64,000 bases of DNA from NCBI GenBank assembly GCA_013288685.1, contig JABDBM010000006.1, positions 5,712-69,711 of the forward strand, in the 5' to 3' direction. The notes beneath the pieces were generated by a model, which saw only the letters and a list, made by a program, of their open reading frames with translations, was not told the DNA's origin and made no database searches. Each line of letters starts with the position of its first letter. Within the stretch, counting starts at the first letter, position 1. A program made the translations under genes and the position numbers. Positions 49,151 through 57,119 of the stretch are shown here, one piece after another. Source of the DNA: Bacteroidota bacterium (GTDB taxonomy: Bacteria; Bacteroidota; Bacteroidia; Sphingobacteriales; Sphingobacteriaceae).

Positions 49151-49223
49151 GGTATCATAGCTCAGTCGGTAGAGCAAAGGACTGAAAATCCTTGTGTCGC
49201 TGGTTCGATTCCAGCTGATACCA
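49151..49223 (+). tRNA. tRNA-Phe (GAA)
   Basis: Acceptor stem GGTATCA/TGATACC, D-arm GCTC-AGTCGGTA-GAGC, anticodon arm AAGGA-CTGAAAA-TCCTT and T-loop TTCGATT; CCA is not encoded. Confidence 0.97.
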
Positions 49224-49234
49224 CAGAAATTTGC

Positions 49235-49265
49235 AGCCTCTTAGTCTTTACTAAGGGGCTTTTTT
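49235..49265 (+). terminator. Terminator after tRNA-Phe
   Basis: agcctcttagt-cttt-actaaggggct followed by a T run. Confidence 0.75.
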
Positions 49266-49390
49266 ATTGCTTAAATCGCTTATCTAGGCCATAAATGCTG
49301 ATTTTGAAATAAGTTAATTGATAATTTCCAACAGGATGATTAATTGTCCTATTGCGGCAATTTAGCAGTTTTTACAAGCAATTACAATGC

Positions 49391-49416
49391 TTTTGGCGCA
49401 GTTTTGGCGCAGTTTT
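49391..49416 (+). repeat. 11-bp tandem direct repeat, possibly integrase arm-type sites
   Basis: ttttggcgcag-ttttggcgcag-tttt, about 170 bp from the tRNA 3' end. Confidence 0.5.
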
Positions 49417-49481
49417 CATGCATTTTATACTCCCATAGTTGATTTTGATTAGTTGATTAATTAATTATGAAGGCGAACACC

Positions 49482-49595
49482 ACGCTTATCGCAATCAAGT
49501 GCAAAAGGAAACGATATAAATGGCCTGCGCTCTTGGCCTGAGGGTTTATGCTCGGCAAGCTTTTGCACGCTACAGCAGCGATAAGCGTAACTTTG
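49482..49595. promoter_or_regulatory. Long imperfect hairpin carrying TTTG and TAACTTTG on its 3' arm (Frpo-like ssDNA promoter candidate, copy 1)
   Basis: acgcttatcgc..gtgcaaaag..ataaa / tttat..cttttgcac..gcgataagcgt, followed by aactttg. Confidence 0.55.
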
Positions 49596-49713
49596 CTTGC
49601 ATAATTATATGATCACTCCATCCCAATGTACCTTTTAAAGCAATAGCAAGAATTTACTTTGTTTGCTCTTATCATCGAGCTTTGATATTTTAAAGTGCGG
49701 ACTTAAATCCTGA

Positions 49714-50076
49714 TCAAATACTATAGTTGAAATACGTTTTTTCTTCGAAATCGTATAATGACACACTTCTGCCCGTAACAATACCGGAAAAATGGCATGA
49801 GTTACCATGATCATACCCATTAAATTTATTTCCAGACACTTGGAGATTGATGTGATGCTTATCTCCGTAATGATATAAATTCAGATTTCCGGCATTCACG
49901 CTGCCAGAAACATGGCAGGACTGTTCATTGTCAAAAACGCTGACATTGCTTTTGTTTACAGTTCCACTTATTGATATATACCTCGCTTGCGCCTGATCAT
50001 AGACTGCTGACCCGGTTTTACCAGATATAAATGATGCTGCGATATATGCAATGGCTGCTCGCGTATTAGGTTTCAT
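49714..50076 (-). CDS. Hypothetical 120-aa protein with ~21-aa beta-hairpin repeats
   Basis: Units VYDQAQARYISISG, VFDNEQSCHVSG, LYHYGDKHHINL, GYDHGNSCHFSG and LYDFEEKTYF. Confidence 0.7.
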   Translation of the reverse strand: MKPNTRAAIAYIAASFISGKTGSAVYDQAQARYISISGTVNKSNVSVFDNEQSCHVSGSVNAGNLNLYHYGDKHHINLQVSGNKFNGYDHGNSCHFSGIVTGRSVSLYDFEEKTYFNYSI

Positions 50077-50363
50077 CTTGTGAGTTTAGTTTAATTCAAA
50101 GATATTGAAAATTTAACGCTTATAACAGATGTATAATTCCTGAATTGAAGTTGTAGATAGATTATTTACGTTGCTACACTTTTTCAATAAAAGGGGTTAT
50201 TTCCCCCCCTTGTACCCAACTGTCGCAAATCGAGATATTTGCTTTGGTTGTTTAGTACCATTTTCCTTTGCCTTTAAAAGGTAAAAATCCTGATGACCAC
50301 CATATAATTAGGCTATGCCCTATAAATGTACCTTTTAAATTAGAAAAGACGGATATCGTGTTG

Positions 50364-51271
50364 TTAGATATTAAGGATATAGTCTGCTGCCTTTTGCGCT
50401 TGGGAGGCAGCCATAATAATCAAACTCTTATCGTTCTTTAAAGCCTTTAGCCAGTTTTCAATATAGGCTGCACTATTAGCAATTGTTGGTTGACCAATTC
50501 CGGTTACAGCGCATAAATAAGCTGCTGTCATTTCAGCTGTAAGTTCTTCTTTAGCGTAATTGGATTTGCCAAACCCATCATGTTCCATTAGCTCTTTTCT
50601 GTTTAACCTGCTAGTGTGGCCTGTACTATGGGCCAACTCATGAAACAATGTGTTATAATATCCTTCAGCCGACACTGATTTAGTTAATGATGGTACAACC
50701 ACTAAATCAGGTGCAACTTGATAGTAAGCAAGTTCTCCTGTAAGTTGGATTTAGGAGGCATCGGCATTTCCTTAATTAAGCGTTCACAGTTATCAATCAT
50801 TTCTAAATCTGATAATATTATCGAATTATCGTTCGAGTATTTGATTCCTTCAGTTTCAGCTATATTGAAAACTGTGTAAGCTTTGGGTACAAGTTTCACT
50901 GGATTGGTATCATCAGGGTTTTTGGCGTTCATAATAGTGGCTTTACCTTTTTCTTTTTTTAATTCAATTGTTGCCCAATAGATGATCTTTACACCTTTTT
51001 CATCTTCTCTTATAGTTCCTCCTAATTTATTAGCTTGATTGTAAGTAAGGTAATCGGTGGTAGGAAATTGATGTTTAAAAGTGTGAAAGTTTAAAATGAA
51101 GATATTCCATGCCCGATAATAGGTTGAAGTGAGAAAGTTCTTCGGTAATCCGGTTGCATTCCAGGAGCATTGCCAAATTACTGTACCTTCTTCTAATGCT
51201 TTAATTACTGTTTCTGTTACCTCCTGGTAAATGTCATTGTAAGTGTTGGTGAGTTTCGTAACAGTTTCCAT
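50364..51271 (-). pseudogene. ardC: ArdC antirestriction protein (DUF1738 + zincin metallopeptidase), frameshifted
   Basis: N-half Y..VT...I.ALE.G...W, Y...N, YLTYNQA..LGG..R..EKG and YTVFN; C-half YYNTLFHELAHSTGH.SRLNR, YAKEEL.AE and AAYI..WL..L.ND. One missing base near 50750 (cctaaatcc) breaks PKIQLTGELAYYQVAPDLVV. Confidence 0.85.
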
Positions 51272-51300
51272 AATGTGAATTATTAATTACGGAATCAGGG

Positions 51301-51417
51301 CAGGCTTATGGCTGGATTAAATGCAAGGAGGAACGGAATAAATTGGCTGCGCGGTTGCCATAGGAGCGTTTATGCCGGAAATTCCTTGCAATGTATCCAG
51401 CCTCACGCCTAACTTTG
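51301..51417. promoter_or_regulatory. Long imperfect hairpin upstream of ardC with TTG-N21-TAACTTTG on its 3' arm (Frpo-like ssDNA promoter candidate, copy 2)
   Basis: ggctggat..tgcaagga..cggaataaa / tttatgccg..tccttgca..atccagcc, then TAACTTTG at 51410-51417. Confidence 0.55.
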
Positions 51418-51819
51418 TGGAATAATTATATATTCTCTCTTGCCTCATAGGTGTTAACACATTTTATTTCTATGTCTTATAGTGTTACATAGCGCTGTTA
51501 TAAAATGTGCAGGATTTAAAGAGCCGGAATTTGACGACCGACACTTCATTGTAAAAGCACTATTTATAAGGGAATATTTAACATCAGTCCAATGATTAAG
51601 GCGAAAAATGAAGTTAAAACGTTTAATTACGTAATCGATTAAAGAATTTTAGAGACTAATTGCGCAGGAAGACTTCTGAAAATTTCAGGTATTTTTGAAT
51701 ATTACTTAAATTAATTTGTAATATCGAAATAAAGTAATACTTTCAATTTTAAATAGCTGTAAAACGTTTTTCACCAGCTGTTTATCAACCTTTGGCCTGT
51801 TTCACTATTATTTCAGAAG

Positions 51820-54372
51820 ATGCATTACTTGTCATTTATTGTCTGCAAATTTCAAGGTAAAAACTTTTTTTCTATAGGAAAACCAACAGAAAGCCTAATC
51901 AATATTTCTGTGGGAAAAATAATCTGGTGGCTTTTTTTTGTTATATTATTTATTCCCAAGCCTTGCGTAGGTCAATACAGGGACGTTGATTCCTTTGGAA
52001 ACCTGTATATAATCACTATTGACAACTCAGGATCTATGGTGTGGAATGCACACGACAAAAGGGACACGAACCGGAGGCAAATTATTGCAGAAAGCGTTTA
52101 CCAGCGTTTGCTTAACGATACAAACACCTTTAAACCGCTTAATCATATTCATTACGACAGCGATAAATTTATATTTTTCAACTCGGGCATCTTCACCACG
52201 ACCCAGCAGATTTCGCATCTCAAAAATCAACCCCGCTTTGAATTTTCATTCATTCATCACACCGATACGGCGTTTAACATGTTTTCTAACAAAAAAGAGT
52301 TGTTGGAAAGGATAAAAATGCAGCTGGCAACCAACCAATATGAATATTGCCTATCCTTCGTTTCGCAAATCAGGTTATTTTCATTAATTAAAGCATTGAA
52401 TCTTGCTAGAAAAACCGCCGACTTGTCGGTTTTTCATCGCATTTTTGTAATCATTGTCACCGACGATGGAGACCAAAATGATCAGTGGATGACTGATTAT
52501 GAAACCGTTAAAAAAAGCGCTCCCAAAAAGCTGGTCGAAATAGCCAGTGCAACAAAAAAGTATTTATATAATCCATTCGATCCACAGTCCGATTATTCAA
52601 AACTTGGTACTTTTTTTGAAACTTCGGTTGCATCAGAAAAACCTTATATATATTTTAACGAATACGTAACCGGGCAGTCAGGAACGACTTCAATTAAGGA
52701 CTCGGTTTTTGAAATAACAGCGGCCGGAAATAAAACAATAAGCCTAAAATCACATATAAAGCAGTTTGGCGGTAACGCTATTGGATTTTTTCATCTGAAT
52801 AAAATTGTACTCAACGGTATCTCTATACCTGTTAACGTGAATTTTAGCAACGATACCGTCATCGCCGTCCCAACTGCTCATATTATAAGTTCTAACAATA
52901 TATCTGTACGCGGATATTTCCAGCAAGCATATATTGATCCGGTTTTAGGTAAGCATTACCGGAAGGTTAATTATATTCAAACTTGTATCTTTTACCCGAA
53001 ACTGTTGACCTACGCTATAAGGTTATTAGTTTTTATTGCGGTTTTGGTATTTGCAATGTGGCTGCTTTTTTATTTCGTTATAATACCAAATAAAATGTTG
53101 TTTTCCATCTACTGCATTCACGATAAAACAGCAGAAGAATATATCGTAAAAAAAGGTCATTGGCTTTATGGTCACAATTATAATTTTAAACCCGGAGAAC
53201 ACACCGTTTTAAGTTATACCCGCGATAATGAATTGAAAATACATGCAATTCATGCCAAATATGGCAATATAAAAAAGAGGGAGTATCAGTTAAAAAGTAT
53301 ACACGAAGAATTTGATTTGTTAATTGTAAGTTCTTCCGAACTTTCAACAGATAAACAGCTTGCGTATTTTCCGCCGGAAATGGATATTGAAGGATATCAT
53401 CAAATCAGGACATATCACCCCTTATTAAAACAAGTATATAGAACCAGCATCCGGTATCATTTGTGTAAAATAGCAGAGCGCTTAGGCTTACGTTATACTG
53501 GTTTGTTCAAATCCGTTTTAAACTTTGTCAATCGAATTTGGAAAAGACACTATTACACGTTCAGCGTTGGCGGATTTCAAGAAGATACATTGGGGTTTTC
53601 GGCGGCTGGCTTTGATGATAACACGTTCTGTATCAGGTTTAACCTTAGCCATGCTGATAGTAATATCGATAGCAACGTACAACGAAACTTAGCTTGCATA
53701 AACTATTTTTACGGGCAAAGCCGTCGTACGGCTGATTGTTTAATAATTATAAACCTATTTGATGATTACGTGGTATGGAACGTTTTAAAACTTAACTACC
53801 AACAAACGCTGATTAAAATTTATCATGTTTTTACCTTTAAACAGATTTGTAATGAAAACATAAACCTTGCGGCAGAAATTTCGGCAAATACAAGATTTTT
53901 AAAAAAACTCGCCCGTCAAAGTGATCTTAACATACACAAATATTTGACGATTATTACCAGAAGCGATAAAGCGGTGGTAAATAAAATGCCGTTCCGGGTG
54001 CTAGCAGTTGCTGAATATACCAAGAATATTTATGATTTTTCTTTTAAGTACAGCGTATTCCCAGGGTTTTTATACATGGTTGAAACGCGCGACGAAGGTG
54101 ACGTCAAATTCAGAAAGCTATACTCCCCATTTCAAAACGGATTGCAAAATGAAATAATGACACACACGCCAGATACCGGCACCTATCACCTTAGCAATTG
54201 CTTTAGCCCCGATGTTGTTGAAAAGGGATTGAAACCTGCTTACATCAAACGGTTATCTTACGATCTTTTTTCTTTTTCGTACCCTAAGGACATGCTTTTA
54301 ACCATCGACCCGGTTACTAAACGAATAATATACGCTGACCATAATATTTTATTTAACGATAATAAGCTATGA
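51820..54372 (+). CDS. Bitopic membrane protein with an N-terminal extracytoplasmic VWA (MIDAS) domain
   Basis: YIITIDNSGSM (DxSxS) and IFVIIVTDDGD; signal-like segment (possible GTG start at 51910); TM helix LLVFIAVLVFAMWLLFYFVII; 4-bp overlap with the next gene. Confidence 0.7.
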   Translation: MHYLSFIVCKFQGKNFFSIGKPTESLINISVGKIIWWLFFVILFIPKPCVGQYRDVDSFGNLYIITIDNSGSMVWNAHDKRDTNRRQIIAESVYQRLLNDTNTFKPLNHIHYDSDKFIFFNSGIFTTTQQISHLKNQPRFEFSFIHHTDTAFNMFSNKKELLERIKMQLATNQYEYCLSFVSQIRLFSLIKALNLARKTADLSVFHRIFVIIVTDDGDQNDQWMTDYETVKKSAPKKLVEIASATKKYLYNPFDPQSDYSKLGTFFETSVASEKPYIYFNEYVTGQSGTTSIKDSVFEITAAGNKTISLKSHIKQFGGNAIGFFHLNKIVLNGISIPVNVNFSNDTVIAVPTAHIISSNNISVRGYFQQAYIDPVLGKHYRKVNYIQTCIFYPKLLTYAIRLLVFIAVLVFAMWLLFYFVIIPNKMLFSIYCIHDKTAEEYIVKKGHWLYGHNYNFKPGEHTVLSYTRDNELKIHAIHAKYGNIKKREYQLKSIHEEFDLLIVSSSELSTDKQLAYFPPEMDIEGYHQIRTYHPLLKQVYRTSIRYHLCKIAERLGLRYTGLFKSVLNFVNRIWKRHYYTFSVGGFQEDTLGFSAAGFDDNTFCIRFNLSHADSNIDSNVQRNLACINYFYGQSRRTADCLIIINLFDDYVVWNVLKLNYQQTLIKIYHVFTFKQICNENINLAAEISANTRFLKKLARQSDLNIHKYLTIITRSDKAVVNKMPFRVLAVAEYTKNIYDFSFKYSVFPGFLYMVETRDEGDVKFRKLYSPFQNGLQNEIMTHTPDTGTYHLSNCFSPDVVEKGLKPAYIKRLSYDLFSFSYPKDMLLTIDPVTKRIIYADHNILFNDNKL

Positions 54373-57080
54373 AGTACTTACCTATAGTTATTGGACAAAG
54401 ACGATTGCACGTTTGCCATCTTAACAATAATAAAAACGCGCAGGCTGTTTTTGAATTTATTGTCCCAACTGCCGGCGGGGAAACAGAGTTGTTTAAAATC
54501 GATGGCAGATCGAAGTTTGTATCAATGGACGGCCTGGAACTCTTATCAGATTCTGAAAAGTATCGGGTAGACCCGATCAATGAAAATGGCGACGGAAACG
54601 AGCTTTCATTAAAGATCATTTTTGGACATGTTGCGGCAGAACAGGATTATAACAATAAAAATGGCATCAGCGTTACGCGGGCGCATAAAGACAGGAGCCT
54701 GCGGGCTATATCAACCAGGGCCAAAATAAATAAGCTAAAAGTAAATATTGTTTATTGTGAAAGAGTAAAACAAGGTAACGAATATGAAGTTGTTGAATAC
54801 TGTTATAATATCATCATCCACATTCCTTACAGCCAGGCCGCTAATATTGATATCTATGATGCGGCGATTGATTTTGGTTCGGAGGCCTCGCAGATAGGAA
54901 CAAAACTTGCTAACAGCGAAAACAACGCACAGGATGTGAAGATTGTAAGAGAACTTAAACAATTTCATGATCAATACATAGCTGATAAACGGGATAGGTT
55001 TTGGCAAGGTGATGCCGCAGACAGGAATCCGGAGACCAGTTGTTTTTATAAATCTGTTTTTTTTGTGGACAAGGCCCATAACGGTTTTAGACCAGCCGAA
55101 CCACCGAACGCCCGTAAAGAAAAAACCTTGCTAAAAACCTTATTACCAGAGGAAACTGCGTATACGACCGAACAGTACGAGCAAGGCAATATATATTCAA
55201 ATTTGTTTTTATTACCCAATTTAAAGTTGATTGAATTACTTACCGAACGTGACTTGGGGATGGCCGATGATATACCTTTTAAACAGGAGCAGGATACCGG
55301 GGATTATGGATTCGGTAAAGCGCGATCTGTTTTTGACCCCGTTTTAATTGAAGTTTATATCAGGATGATCTTAAATGCCCTGCTGCACACCATACTCAAT
55401 AAATTGAACGACCAGCCACAAAAGGATAAATATGTAAATATTATATTGCTGGTGCCCAATGTGTACTCCCAAAGCAAAGTTTATACAATAATCCAAAACT
55501 TGTATACTGATTTTAACGGGATTGTAAGATTTAACAAACAATACCAAAAATTTAAAGGCGTTGAAGTTAAATTACTTTCAGAAAGTGATGCTTCATTTTT
55601 GGGGCTTAAAATTGGTGATCGCGAACCTAAAATAATTAATAAAGAAGGGGCACATTACCTGGTTATTGATGCAGGTAAGGGTACAACAGATTTCTCGATT
55701 ATCAGGCAGCAAAAAAAGAGCAACGTGAGTTATGAAAGCGTTTTCAGGGCGGGCTTGCCGGGAAGCGGACAGTTTCTTACACATGCTTTTATTGAAGCCG
55801 TAAACGAGTGTTTTGATTTCGACACAGATATCTATGACTTAATAAAGAAAACAAAGTATCCGGAGATTTTGCAATTTATGGATCACATGGAGACGTTTAA
55901 AAAAAATCATGAAAGATTTAAACCATATAAAGATAGCGGAGAACTAAGGAAGAAATTTAGTACATTATACCACTTAAACAATGCTCTAAGAGACACCTTC
56001 ATTAATAATTGCTTCCAGCTTCCTACCAGTCATGAAAAGCTTAGCGAAAAAGTTAATAAACTAGTGGACGAAATATATAAATCTGTACTTAAATCGAACG
56101 TAACAGAATTTCATCAGATAATTTTGGCTGGCCGGGCGTTTAAATTGAAGATGTTGAAAGATGCCGTTGAAAGTAAATTTGCTGATAAATTAACAACCGA
56201 TTTGCCCGAAGACAAACGCATAGTTTTTAGGGAAAATAATTTAAAACAGGTTTGTCTTTCAGGAGCTTTTTATATGAAATATTTTAGGGTAAACTATAAT
56301 TCGGAATTGGTTGGCATACCTGTTCAATATGCCGAAAATATTGAAAATAAAAAAGAAGAAAAGCCCTGGAATTTTGGAGACTGGTTGCGAGGGATTTTTA
56401 AAGAAGACGAAAACACCGGCATAGTGGAAACGGATGTTAGCATTGGAGAAAGCTTTTTTTATAATGGGGCTAATTACAATGGTGCAAATTATGCCAACAG
56501 GCTGGTAATAGCTGGGCGGGAATATTGGAATGCAGCGTTAGATAGCGACCCGGAGGGTTTCAGGCTATTTTTTACCGGCGATGGTTTCATTAAATTATTA
56601 AACGGGCGGGCAGTCCGTCTCGACGCGCCACAACTGGAAGCCAGTATATCGGAAATGGTTAAACAAACCTTATTTCCATTTGCATATATCAGTTTTGATC
56701 CTAAATCAGGCCCGGCACCCGATGGGCCAGAAAAGGAAGTCCCTATTCCATCCCAGCCCCCAACTTCGCCATCTACACCTACGCACGGGCAGGCAGCTCA
56801 GGCTCGGAATCAGGAAAAACCTGACTTTGCAAAAAAGACGGGGTTGCCTGACTACGATTCTCCCCCCGAAAAAAGCCTGAAGCCGGATACGGCAGAAAAA
56901 TGGCTATCACCCCTGGTTTCACCGGATGTACCAAAAGAACAAAAGGTAACCGAGCCCAATCCTGAATCAAAACCGCCTTTGCCGGCGCTTGATGACGACT
57001 CAGAAAAGGACGAAGTAGCGCCGAAAAAACAACCTGGGAAAAGTAACGAACCGCCGCCATCGGCAGATGCTTACCTTTAA
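54369..57080 (+). CDS. Divergent actin/Hsp70-fold ATPase with a Pro-rich disordered tail
   Basis: Phosphate-1 AAIDFGSEASQ, LLVPNVY, connect-1 LLSESDASF, phosphate-2 LVIDAGKGTTDFSI, adenosine IILAGRAF and connect-2 KQVCLSGA. Confidence 0.78.
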   Translation: MKYLPIVIGQRRLHVCHLNNNKNAQAVFEFIVPTAGGETELFKIDGRSKFVSMDGLELLSDSEKYRVDPINENGDGNELSLKIIFGHVAAEQDYNNKNGISVTRAHKDRSLRAISTRAKINKLKVNIVYCERVKQGNEYEVVEYCYNIIIHIPYSQAANIDIYDAAIDFGSEASQIGTKLANSENNAQDVKIVRELKQFHDQYIADKRDRFWQGDAADRNPETSCFYKSVFFVDKAHNGFRPAEPPNARKEKTLLKTLLPEETAYTTEQYEQGNIYSNLFLLPNLKLIELLTERDLGMADDIPFKQEQDTGDYGFGKARSVFDPVLIEVYIRMILNALLHTILNKLNDQPQKDKYVNIILLVPNVYSQSKVYTIIQNLYTDFNGIVRFNKQYQKFKGVEVKLLSESDASFLGLKIGDREPKIINKEGAHYLVIDAGKGTTDFSIIRQQKKSNVSYESVFRAGLPGSGQFLTHAFIEAVNECFDFDTDIYDLIKKTKYPEILQFMDHMETFKKNHERFKPYKDSGELRKKFSTLYHLNNALRDTFINNCFQLPTSHEKLSEKVNKLVDEIYKSVLKSNVTEFHQIILAGRAFKLKMLKDAVESKFADKLTTDLPEDKRIVFRENNLKQVCLSGAFYMKYFRVNYNSELVGIPVQYAENIENKKEEKPWNFGDWLRGIFKEDENTGIVETDVSIGESFFYNGANYNGANYANRLVIAGREYWNAALDSDPEGFRLFFTGDGFIKLLNGRAVRLDAPQLEASISEMVKQTLFPFAYISFDPKSGPAPDGPEKEVPIPSQPPTSPSTPTHGQAAQARNQEKPDFAKKTGLPDYDSPPEKSLKPDTAEKWLSPLVSPDVPKEQKVTEPNPESKPPLPALDDDSEKDEVAPKKQPGKSNEPPPSADAYL

Positions 57081-57119
57081 TTAAAAGTATTTAGTTTTTT
57101 ATGGTATAATTAAATTCAA

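Noticed and set aside
49594-49622. Possible dif/Xer site (gcttgcataattatatgatc)
   Set aside because: Only the left half resembles dif; there is no TTATGTTAAA XerD arm. It is better explained as part of the bipartite inverted repeat.
50702-50760. Programmed frameshift in ardC
   Set aside because: There is no slippery heptamer at the junction; a 1-bp deletion or sequencing error is simpler.
54369-57080. Calling the ATPase mreB, ftsA or dnaK
   Set aside because: Length, insertions and the lack of family-specific sequence do not support an orthologue call; only the fold is supported.
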